From positions 1,178,001 to 1,242,000 of the forward strand of contig OZ037768.1 in assembly GCA_964035545.1 (NCBI GenBank): DNA of 64,000 bases. The letters run 5' to 3'. This DNA comes from Bugula neritina. Lineage: Eukaryota > Animalia > Bryozoa. Both the position numbers and the translations under genes were made by a program. The notes beneath the pieces are model-generated. The model ran no database searches. It was not told the origin of the DNA and worked only from the letters and a program-made list of their open reading frames with translations. Of this stretch, positions 39,726 to 52,700 are shown piece after piece (the stretch's first letter is position 1; each line of letters opens with the position of its first letter).

Positions 39726-41772
39726 GACTTATTTTTTGACTTATTGCTGTGTGTTGGACTGATGTTTCTTTGGTTGTAGTTTCTGGAGCTTGTATTCTAG
39801 TGTAATGTGTTTTTCAATTGTTTTTTAAAGTTGGTAGTTGATCTCTATTTTTATACTTCTAAGTTCTAGTTTGTTTTTCTTTTAATCCAGCTTGTATTAT
39901 ATTTGATTTGTTTACTGTTTGTAGATTTTTATACTCTTTCATATAAAAGTGTAAAATGAAATACTAAGATCAAAGAGTTTAGTAGATATTGTTTTATTTC
40001 AACCAGCCTCCAGCTTCTGTGCATATACTTGCACTCACCATATGTTATGAATGGTGAATGTCGCAGGTAGGTGTTATATCTAAATATAAACTGGCCTATA
40101 CCTGTACCTTTTGATAAATTGCCAACTTTCTCACCACCTGTAATAACAAACATTTGGCAATATTTATTTTCATAAACAGATATTGCCAAATGTTCATACT
40201 AAGCCATTTTAAAACATTCTAGTAAAAGAAAATAATAAGTTATGAAACCAGAACAAATCAACATTTAATTTGGTAGCATTTGATAAGTAAGCTGAAAGGC
40301 AACCTGTGTGTTACATTGTAGATCATAAGAAACTATATATAGGTGCTAGTTACAGAGTAGGTAAAAACTTCAAATACAGATAGCCTCCAAGAGGCAAATA
40401 AGATGTGTATTGAAAACACGTTGATGTAAAATATCCCACATACCCACCGAGTAAAGTGTGCGTGTGAGAGTTGTTTCCTTTTTAGCTTGTTATACTCGTA
40501 TTTACCATAAAACATGTTCCCCATAGACCCAAATAAACTATTATATATTATTTATTCATATTATTTAACTAAAAATATTTAATATAAATACTAAAAAAAA
40601 ATATTATAAAACAGAAAAACTTTGTGAAAATTTTAATTTATGAAAACGACTTTTTAAGAAATAATCTCAAGGATTAGAGATTAAAATATCGCAGACAAAG
40701 TGCTGTTCACAACTTTTACAATTATTTTTCCATACTCGACTTGCAGTACTAATTCGTGAAAATACCTTCACATGAACTGCTATTGGAATAGCTCATTAGC
40801 ATGAACAGCTTGTATACAATGATGCAATCTATAAATAACATTTAAATAACAGGTTCAAAATTGTTTACTAAATCTTCGGTGTAAAACAACGTAAAACCAT
40901 CTTTTATCTGCTATTATGCAAATATTAAATGGACAGAATTTATCTATTGAAACTTTGATTTTATGCACAATTAAACATGGTGTATTCAAATAATATTATA
41001 TATAATTTTATACGTAACTCAACTGCATTTGCAATAAGTTAGGTTATAGAGAATAAAATATTTTAACAAATGATGATTTTCTATTTTGGAGAAATTGAAA
41101 GTTTAAATAAAATAGAAAACAATGTTGAGTGAAAATCAATTATATAAATTAAATACTGCAAATTTAAAAGATAAATACATAGTACTGAAGATTGGAAGTT
41201 ATAATAAAAGCAAGTTTATTATTTATGCATAATTATGGCAAATAGTTCAAAATTGGTGCAAAGAGAGATATGGCAACATTTTGGAAAGCTTGGTGAATTA
41301 ATTTATGCAGTTCTACGAGTTTTATAAGATCACTTTGTAACTAAATTTTATTAATTTCTTGGCTTGTTTTAAAAGATTTTGTGGTTGCAGATATGACTTG
41401 CAGGTATAGTTTGGAAATACAATAGGTAATAAAATTAAGTATTGTTTCTGAAAGGTTATATAACTTTTAAAGTAACGGTATTTATTTCTTGTAAGAATTC
41501 CACCAGCTTAAAGCTTTCTCTTTTTAAATTTATTCCAACTAAATAAGCACCAGCTGTGAGGTATACTAATAATAATAATATCATAATAATTGTTATTTCT
41601 TGAGTGTTACAGCATCCATAAACAAAGCGAACAAAGCAAATAGCAAGTCATGTGATCAGGGCTAAGCAGTACGCAATTCCACTATTTAAAAGATTGCAAC
41701 GTAGACCAGCTCCTGACTTCTTACAGCGCAGTGAGAATGAGAACTGCAGCGGCTAGGTAGCATTTCATCATC

Positions 41773-44700
41773 ATGTTGCCTCCTCCTAACCTGTGGTCAA
41801 GCTATGTTGGGGGACTCCTCGGCTCATCTGGAGGACCAGGAATGTATCACAATTTCTACCCTCTCCAATGGCCTGGATTACTACCTCTACCTCAGTTGTC
41901 AGGTAAAAAAATATAAATAGGAAAGTAAAAAGTTGATATAATGAACTAATTTTTAAAAGTAACTTCCAAATATTTTTCTCGCCAACTATTAATGTTTATA
42001 CATCATGAGTTAGTTTAAAAAATGTAATAGCTATTAACTATTAAGTTTAACTAAAACTTAATGCACAGCTGTAAGACTAAGTATAATTTACTGAATAGGT
42101 GTAGCTTTTCCTTTGAAATTGAGTTATTTTATTTTAATATAGTTTTTGACTAAAAGTAAAGCTTAAACAAGCTGGTAAAAAGATTTGATATGCAACTATG
42201 ACCGAACAATAAACGCAAACATCTATATATAACATGTATTTACATGAATTCGAGTTTATAATAAGTGATGTAACATGTACTACTGAGATAGTAATTGGGT
42301 TCATGTTGTGGTACATAAAATTTAACGTTTCAAAACTATTTGTTGTTGAAGAAAATATCACAATTAGTATTACCAGTAAACAGATAATCTTTATCACAGC
42401 TTAGCCGCTTCTTACAAGTTTGCAAAATAGCTAATAAAATTGCATTACAAGAACCTTCTGTGTATGTAATTGGAATCTTGGTTTGACAGATTTAAAAACA
42501 TTGACGAACTTTTACAACAATCTTTTTCTTAGCGCTACATTTTTTGTAATCGGCAATGTGTATCGGCATTAATGATTATAATATAAATATACTTTACATT
42601 AATTGAAGTGAATAATATTTAATATATACACTAATAGTAGTGGTTGTAAATTGAAGGAAATGTTAATCAAATATAAATATAGTCATCAATTAAGTATTTA
42701 ATGTAGAACTATGTGTTTGCAAGTCATCAAGAAATTATAAACCTTTCATCTGATCAATCTATAAATGTGTAATTTTATTGCCTTATACTTGCAGTTAATT
42801 TTTTAAACTACCTTCCAATCAACTTTCTAACAACTATTAGGTGTCATCCCAGTTAGACGCTAGGCTAAATTTCCCACTTAGACACTTCCCAGTTAAACGC
42901 TATTTATTTATTTTAGTATAATATGAATGTACATGTATTCTATGTGCAATTTATTTGAACATTTTTGAAATATATGTATATTTATAAATAAATTTAGATT
43001 ATTAGATTTTCTTTAACCCTGAAATAAATTCTTTTGATCTGCATTAACTTATTACTGTTATTAGTTTTGTATTTTCTATACTTCCTGTTGTTTGAAAAAT
43101 ATTTCAATAATAAGCCTTTATTAAAGATAATGTTTATTATTAATGTGTTACTGTTTTTTGACCAACACAAGTTCGTGAAAATTATTCGAGATAATTTAAA
43201 TTAACTATTATTCTATGTTTAGCAATCAATACAACAGTTATATAGGTATATATAGGTAGAATACTATATGTATATATTGTACAAAAATAAAAAATAGTGT
43301 CTAACTGGGTTAAGCGTCCAAGTGTTTCAAACTAACAAAATATTATTTAGTATTTCCAAGTCATTTCCTTTTAACAAAATGTAATAAATTTGTTTTATGT
43401 TGGTTTGAAGACAACAGATTAGGTCTGTACCAGTACACGGCCCCTGCTCAAGCCATGGCTGGTACAAGGTACTCCGCAAGCAAGGATACAAGTGGTAACA
43501 TCAAGGTGTCTCTGGCAGAACAGCACCAGTGGAGGTCATTCCATGAGAACGACACAGAAATGATAGTGACTAGATCAGGCAGGTAATGCGTTGAATGCAG
43601 CTGTCTGTCTCAGACTATAACTGAGATGTCCATTAAATACTGCAAGAAATGGGGTTTTTGTTAAATTCAAATGGGGCACGGGAGCAGTTATGACTGGATG
43701 CTTTTCCTAACATCACCAATGGCCCTTACGGGCCAAAAACCGGTGACTTCATGTTTTCTTACCCAAAAGCTCTAACCCTTAGACTACGGCTGCTCCATGT
43801 GGTATAGTCTGTAAATGCAGTCACCATATTGGAAATATTTCAGGAGAATGTTCCCCATAATCAAGATACAGTTGGAAGGGTTAAGTGAGTATAAGCAGTA
43901 CTGGGTTAGTCTGATGATGGTGCCAGTAGACGAGTCTCGCTACAGATTCACCAGAAGACAGTGGACAATGGCCGGACGTGCTGAAACCCACAGCATTCAC
44001 CATGCTGTCTACACGCACTACGACACACCCTTATCAGGATCGCAGTTAATGAAAGACAAAACCATCTCTTTTGACAAAGTCAAGCTAACTAACAACTCCA
44101 AGAACCCCTTCGGCAACGTAAGTAATCTCATCTACTTGAATATTTTATGTTTTTCAAATTTATGATCAAAAACTGACCCACTTTATTATTGCAAATTATT
44201 GTTGAATTTTAGTTAGAATTCTCTCATTAAGTTTTTGGTTTAACTCCACTAACGATTGGTCTAATTTATTTATATTGAAAGAAAGCACTCTGTACTTAGA
44301 ACTAAGCTTTAAAAATACAAAAGTAATAAATTATTTCTAAGAAACTTGAATAAAAAAATGGGGGGTATAATTTGTCACAATTTCTTACAAACTCCGAATG
44401 CTTTGATCAAAACAGCACATCTATTTACTGCGCTAAGTGCTGCCGAGACACTTTGGTGCTAAATTTAATTTTAATTACTTTTTGAAAACTCGATACAAAG
44501 CAAGTATAATTTAAGACTACGTTTTGGTTTCTATCAAAGCAGCGGCAGCTGGCTATAATTTACTTGAATTCAAGTTTACCCAACAAGTGCAAGGCCAAGT
44601 GTAAATAAGGAACAATAACAAATGCATTATTTCTTTACATTGCACCGCTAAGTGAGATAATTATCACCAAGTTAATTTGTTGAAGCTATTTGAGAGGTAA

Positions 44701-45949
44701 CATTGAATTTGATAATGCTTATTAGAATACAAGCTTTGGTGATGGAGTTTAGCTTTGGCTTTACGTCTACTTTGCTGTTACAAGTGTTTCAATTACATGG
44801 AAATGTTTGTCCAGGTTTGCCAGTAAGATAACAGCATTTGACACCTTTGTGTTTGAATACAGTTTACTTGCTCATTCCGGTAGTTGCAGCTGGCTACCAA
44901 GAATTTTGAAGATAAGTTTTAAATGACGAATTTTATGGTGACCAAGTTGGTAAAACTAAATTCCAAAGGTTAAGAATTTATCCAGCTTTATCCATCAATA
45001 ATGTGCTCAGACTAATAAGCAGTCCTAATCTTACAGCTCTGAGAGCAATACAGTTTCTTCTATCCGCTTACAAATGTGTTTGGGAGTTTCAGAAAGTTAC
45101 AAAATTTATATAGAGTTGGCACAGATTGGAAAATGAGGCACACTATTAAATGTTTGCAGGTTCTACTAAACTCAATGCACAAATATCAACCAGTAATCAG
45201 GATATTGGAGGCCAGCAATGGAATTGTGGGTAGTGAGCACATCTTTTACTTCATAGAAACTCAGTTTTATGCAGTCACAGCTTATCAGAATGAAAAGGTG
45301 AGTTACTTTAGATATAACTTTTAGTTTAAAGAGCCATTTTATAACAAAGAAAATACTTTAGTATTATCTTATATACCACTGTCCACTAGCAAATTAAATG
45401 TCTGCTAATCCTAAAAATGTCTAGCATTGTGTTTTTGGTTGTGGTTTCATTTGATGCAACTGTTTCCTTCACATAATGAAAGCTTGGAGGTGCAGTGTAT
45501 AGCCGAATTTGAATAATATCAATACTAATGCTTGGTGACCAAGTGTAAATGTTTTTCAGATGACCCTCATGAAGATTCAGAAAAACCCGTTTGCTAAAGG
45601 TTTCCGAGACAGGACTCGATCCTCTTCTTATCGGAAACGAAAATCATCCTTCCATGATCAGTTGATAGAGGAGAATGAGAAAAGGAAAAGCCAAGAAGAT
45701 GAAGACGAAAGAGGAGGACCACCATTAAGCAAGCGTACATTACTTTCATCTCACCCAACTAATTCTGAAAGCCCTGAACAATACAGGTTTATAGACCACA
45801 TGAATCAGCTTTCAAACTTCCATCTAGCAGCACGGAACTTTTCTCAGCTGAGCCACGGCTGGAGAGAGAATTCATATTTCAACCAACAATTCCACAACTT
45901 GCAAGAGAGGAGTACCCCTGTGACTGCAAGAGCAGAGAGGGGTTTCTAA
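41773..45949 (+). CDS. T-box transcription factor (subfamily not assignable by eye)
   Basis: Exons 41773-41902, 43411-43582, 43844-44117, 45160-45297, 45560-45949. T-box motifs TEMIVTRSGRRMFP, PVDESRYRF, ISFDKVKLTNN, LNSMHKYQP, ETQFYAVTAYQNEK, KIQKNPFAKGFRD. The first exon is less certain. Confidence 0.92.
42838..43325. mobile_element. Small MITE/foldback-like remnant in T-box intron 1
   Basis: Three direct copies of CCCAGTTAGACRC at the left end, with the inverted form TAGTGTCTAACTGGG near 43295-43309. Confidence 0.45.
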
Positions 45950-46763
45950 ACTGTATATTTTCATTGACAGGCATAATTGCAACCGTAGAATAGTGCAAAA
46001 ACAGTTAAAGGGCATGATTATTCACCTCTGGACTATTTTCAATTTATTTGTGAAATGTGTATTATTTTCAGTAAAAGTTTGTGTTGTGTGATTTCTTGCA
46101 TTGCTTCTATCTATAGGTTTATACAATTGTTATAAATGTTATATAATATGTTACTGGCTTTATAGCTTCTATAGTAAGAAACACGAATCTACAAGTGATA
46201 ATTATATAGGAGCTATTCCTTGTACTGGTCAAGGTCATAATATGTTACTATAGCAGCGCTGTTATGCCATCCATCACCAACACTAGCAAATGTTTTATTT
46301 ACTCTAAATATATGACTTCCACAAAATATCAGCTCTAACAGCTGCTTATTCATGTTAGATTATATCTTGTGTACTTTTTGAAAATGATAAACTATATACT
46401 ACTTGTTGCTTGAAAAGATGGTTTCTCATCCATCTCATGATATTGGGTATTGGGAATTATTTTCTAAAACAGCGAACTTTAAATCTAAAAATAAACTTGA
46501 TATTGATGGTCACAGTTGTATTTATTGTACGAGTATATGTTCAATGTTTTAACTAGATAAAATAATAACATATCAACTGTGTAACAATAATGGGTTATCT
46601 TTTAATATAAAAACAATACTATATTATTAATAATCCCACACAGTGTATAGAAAGAGTGGAACATATGCTAAGTATGCTAAGTTCGTATGTACTGATGATA
46701 GAACTACATAGACTTTATATACAGCTAAACTATAGACTGAGTTCTAAACCATAGACTGAGAGC

Positions 46764-49700
46764 TCATTCAGCCAGACTCTCCGCAATATTTTCCAGCAAA
46801 TCAACGAGTTCCTCGTAAGTTGTAAATCTAGACTCTGGTCCCTAAAACAGAGTACAAATCTATGCAAAACTATTTATAAATATATTAGAATAATTATCAA
46901 TAGCCTGAGTATCTTACTGCAGAGTGATTTAGTAGGTGAGAGTAAACTTACCGCTCCAATACACACAGACAGAACCCTGGAAAACAAATCTCGTATCTTC
47001 TCGAACCTCTCTTCTTCTCTTCTGGTAGATTCTTCTTTTATCATTTTAGTTTCTTTAGCTTTAGCATCTAATTCTGTCCTGAGTTGATTCAGTTGTTTAC
47101 TAGTTTCTTCCTGTGATGTGGCCACGGCCTCCTGAGAAACCACCAGACAGACGTACAGACAGACCACTTAATTTTAGTAACACAGCTGACTCTACACTTG
47201 CGTATCCCATAAAGAACTACATTTGGTTGATGACCATCAATATTAAACAACATACGCACAAAGCCTGAAGAAGTATATTCCAAACTAAACTACCTTTTGC
47301 TTTTTTACTGTATATCGAGTTAGAAGGGCTGCGACATCCAAATCCGCCAAGTTGGACAAGGAGAGTGAATCTGTGTCCATAGACTCATCTAGCCTCTTTA
47401 CTAAATCTCTAAAGTAGAAACAAAAGTCCCATTACTTACACCACACATTCAAGCAATGTACTTACACCACACATTCAAGCAATGTACTTACACCGCACAT
47501 TCACACTACGCGATACTTACACTGCACATTCACACTAAGTGATACTTACACTGCACATTCACACTACGCGATACTTACACCAGCTTCTTGTGATGTGTGG
47601 CTGTGTACCCGGTGCTTGGTGTAGCCTCAGCTTCATCCGTTGTCGTTGAGGAAGGCTGTGAGACCTCCCCGCCCTCATCATCTTCTTCCGCCTACAAAAA
47701 TTTAGGAGCTAAAAATATTTACAGGCAGAGTTCAGGAGCAATCAATGCAATGACATCTACACCTGAAAAGCTATAGTTCTGATGACAAGAAACTGACCTC
47801 TACTCGAAGCTCTCCCTCCACATTCTTATCCGAGTTCTTTACTTTCATGCTAAATAAAAATGAATCACTATAAGCATTAAAAAATACAAAGTGTAACAAA
47901 TGTTCTTGTTGTTTAACATATTATATAATTTTATTTAATCATCATTGAGTACTTGGCCTGCAACAATAGAATGTAAGTGATTTGAATGATGGAGTATAAA
48001 GTGGAAATGCTGTTGTCCATTTAACATACAATAAATCTAACGCCTGCTCAAACAATTGCGTGACATTTTGACACTGGATTTAGGTAGAGTCCAATCTAGC
48101 TATTAGATGAATAACAAGTGTATGAATGGAGAAAGGAGAGCGATTAATGCTACGTAACACTGATCATTGTAGGATATTATAACTCCACTTAATAGGGTAG
48201 GGAGAGAGGTGTCACAGTTTATGTAGAATTTGTCACTTCATTGAAATGATTGTACTGATTGTAAAGAATGTATGCAAGCATTTAATCGCCACTCAAACAT
48301 TCAACCAATGCTCTCCACTTCACACTGGCTCAACATTAAAACTTCAACTCTGCAATAAAGTTGAGAATTGAAATTGTTTCTTTTAAGCTTTGCATTAACA
48401 TATTATTATGTGTGTTGAAGATTCCCCTGGTTTGTCTTGTGCTGTGAATGAGATAATTTAAAAACCGAGAAAAATAACAACTTAATAAAAAGGGATACGG
48501 TTTCTCTTCCTATGCAAACATGAAACGATGGACTGAAATAAAAATATGTTTAAAATCAGGTCAAAAATTAAAGACAAATTTCAAATAAATACAGAAACAT
48601 GCTGCCTTTAATTTATCATATAAAAATTATTTTTGCATTCTCTTTTGGCTAATCTAATAGAATTCACAGATTTATTTTATTGCAAACTAGACACTTCATT
48701 GCATTACGAAAGTTCTCAGTAACATGCCTCAGTGAAACGAACTCAATTTTCACGAATCGTAAAAAGAATTTTCGTCTTCTCCATATGAATTTCTACAGAT
48801 TGCTGGAAACAGCCATTCTTACAACATAACAGACGACGTAGCTGCCTCAAGCTAAAGTAACGTAGACGGCAGGAGAAATCTCTGCTGACATCTACAAAGT
48901 GCTATTAAACCTGTGGCAGCAGTTGCCAATACAGAAAAGAAAAAGCAAAAGGAATTACAAGCAATATTAATTAGCAGCAAAGAACAAGACAGCTTCTAAC
49001 AATATTCACTAATTGTTGAGCCATTATGCTGCCTAATCGTGGCACAAAATTTCACATAGAAATGAAGAAATGCTGACAGATTGAGTGTCAGCGATTAATG
49101 GAGGTCTGACAATGAGCGGTGATTGTGGCAGCAGAGAGCTAAGCCATGCCAGTAAAAGCTAATGCTTGAATAAAGTGACACATGAGAGAGAGATTTGTTG
49201 TGATCTGCTGAGAAGTTTTAATCAGTGAATAAACAGTTGTTTAGAGTAGTGCTAGTGTGTTTGAGAGGTTTATATCCTACTAGATACATACGCTGCCTCA
49301 AATACGCTGCCTACTGATACTAGGAGGGGTGGGTGACCCCCCTCCCCCCCCCTCCCCACATTGACAATGTCCAGATGGACAAACTCAGACTGAGAATAAC
49401 AACATTGAAATGTGAATATAATAGAGCTGTGAGATAGAGTGGACACTTGAAAGATAGAAGTATACTGAAGGACAGTATAGCAGAGTGGGAGATATTATTA
49501 CACATTTCATTTCACAGGACTGCTACTGCAGACTTACGCTAAGCTAATCTTGTTTCCAAACTTCACCAGAACATTGTCGGGCCGTATCTCTAATATCTCA
49601 GCGTCTTGCCTAAAACACAAGATTCCCGACTATAAAACAGTATAACTAACAAATAATCAGCTACAAACAAAAACCAAAAGATTTAAATCTCAAGACCGAC

Positions 49701-52700
49701 AGCAAACTACAGTAAATCTCTCTCAGATTTTTGTATTCTAAAACTCATATGAATAGTCCAACATATACCAAAATGCTAACTACATATTTTGATAGAAAAA
49801 ATTATACTGTAGATCACCACTTTATACTGTAGATTACCACTTTATACTGTAGATTACCACTTTATACTGTAGATTACCACTTTATACTGTAGATTACCAC
49901 TTTATACTGCTCCTCAACAAAATTAAAGCATCAGTTTTGTACAAAGAAAAAGTGGACTCACCATTTGCTTTGGTAACGTCCCTGCACCTTGGCACCCACC
50001 ACCAAACTTCCTCTCGTTATATCTTTCATGCCAATAATTCTATAGTTCTTAGGCTACAAAGGGGCAACACAAGTGACACAACTACCTAGACACAAGGAGT
50101 ATGGGGCCACAGGCTAAATCGTGAATAAATTTAAACAACAGTTGTCTTGAATAAAGTTATCTAGACATCAATTGTGAGATGGAAAGAGTGGGGAACTATG
50201 AAATCACACAACAGAAATCATTGTGCACAGAATCTGCTAATTTAATTACTGCAAAACTGCACAGTAAAAGAAGGGAAATTTTTCTTTGTGTTTCTGTTAA
50301 ATTAAAACGAGTTGGCTGCTAGTTACTAGTTATTAGATATTAGTTATTAGATATAGGTGATCGCAATACAAACTCAGTGCAACCAAATAAACATGCAGCA
50401 GTAAATGTTCAAATTCAAGGCAAACTCTGCTTGTTTTGCTACCAAATTGATTGACTCAACATTAAAGAGCTGTGACAATATCACTGTTAGACAAACCCTA
50501 CACCTCCTTTCAAGAATCATTCTCTCTAACTGTCTAAAATTACATTTCATAACAAATAACTAAAGTTGTCCTACCTTTGCTACAGGTACATCCTTGGGTG
50601 CTGCTTTACTGGGCATTGGAGTTGTTGTCTCCACCTTGACAGCTGAGGTAGACTATAAAGAGAGAGAAATGTGAGAGGCAGCAATTTAGACTAAATCTGA
50701 CTCAAAGACAAAAACCGGATCAAAGGAGTTTAAACAAAACGAAAAAAGTATAAATAAAACAACTGACTACAGAAACTTTGACTGAAACATAAAATAAAGC
50801 AGAATCTTCAAGTAGGAATTGACAATGTTGGACTCACTAGTTTACTGGTAGATTGGGGAGAAGACTCCAGTCTAGAAGTTGCAGCAGAAGACTCTTCAGA
50901 CGTGTCCATTGGCTCAACTTCTGTATCCTGCATATCATATGTTACATCTTATAATGTATTATATATCACACCATATCTTATCATATGTTATATCATGTTA
51001 TCATACTATATTATATATTATCGTATATTATATCTTATCATATTATATCATGTTATATAGCATATATATCATACAACACATATCATACATTACATATATC
51101 ATATAAATCATGTTATATATTAATCACAGGTTAGATTTAATTTCTTAGCAAGACAACAATAGACCATGTAAAACTCAGCCAATCAGCAAAGTGTACCAGG
51201 TCAATGTCTTAACATTGTAACAGATATAAAATTCTGCAAGTTCAATTGCAAAATGCATGCTTCTAAAAGCTAGTTGTGCAACTTTTTTTTCATGCATTAT
51301 TTAATTTCATATCTTAAATTGATGACTCTTGAAATGATTTTTTAAAATGTCTAAATTAAGTGTTTATAAAATGCAATTAAAAATTGCATGTCCAAAAAAA
51401 TGACCTGGTACACTTTTGCAACTTAAGGCCAATTATTACATAACTGCCAGCTTAGTAGTTATTTGTTGTTGCAGCTTGAATGGGTTATTGTTTAGCATTG
51501 AAAGCTTGTAGTAAACCACTGTGAATTTGGTACATGACTTTGATTGGCTGGTTTTTGAATGGCCCTTTAGTATATGCATCTGGACGGCTGGGTAGTGTAG
51601 GCTCCGCCTACATCTAGCTAATGTACAGTAGCCAATCCACAGTAGTATTACAAAATTTCTGTTTAACATATGAAATATTCTGGTCATTTGTTTTGTACTT
51701 TACAATAGTATATATTCTATTCAACTGGAATTTTATTGTATGTAAGACATGGGAACTACTAAGAGGTTAAATCAACCACCCATATGCTGGTAATATTGTA
51801 GCTAGCAGTAATAGCAAGTCCACACCATATAAATATACACATAAGCTATTATGTGCAGCTTATGAATGCTGAAATGACCCCATTTCTTACTTTCAATTTG
51901 AAAAAAATTGTATTACATATTCTGCCACTTCTGCACCAAGAATGTGTTTTCCTTTTAAATTTTGAAAATAGTAGTCAGTTTCTGCAGCAGTCAACATCCA
52001 CAATAAACAACGTAAGCTTTCAAATAAACTATAAATATATGAAATATTAGTGGAAACAATGTAATTTATTCATTGCTATGATGAAAATTACAAGAATATT
52101 ATATAAAAGCTAGATATAGATTTCTAGTAAAATGGCACAGGTAAAAATAACACATTTTTACTTCAAATTCTAAATTTCATCAGTCACCAATGGTGGCTGT
52201 AGATTACAGAGAGCACAGCAGACTATCATAGTCTTGTCTAATAGAGGTGCCAACACCAAGTTCACACTTCGGGACCATTTAAAATATTGAACTCCTTTAT
52301 CCTTTTGATTGCTCTTTCGACATGGATTCGAAGGTTAGAAATCAACTTTGTTTGCAGTAACTGCATTTTAGTCATTTGCAAATAGCCTTTTTTCCCAGGT
52401 GATATGGTCAACTTGGCTCCAGCGCCTATAAGTTCTTCTTCAATAAGAAAGCCTCTATCTGCCATGACCACATCACCTGGGTTTATGAAGTCTAAGAACC
52501 CAGAGCCATTCACTACACACTTGTCTGAGGCTCTACCTCCCATTCCATGCGAAATAAAGCAGATAGTGCCCCTGGGTGTAATTGCAACCAAATACTTAAT
52601 GGTGTTGGTCTTTTTATACTCACCCCATGTTAAATATTGAGCCAGCTTTGATTGAGGCTTGCAAATGAATATTTCTGTGCAGTCTATAATGCACCTAATG

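Noticed and set aside
48740-48792. Possible extra phase-2 MORC microexon
   Set aside because: The donor is weak, the flanking exons already join in frame, and there is no homology support.
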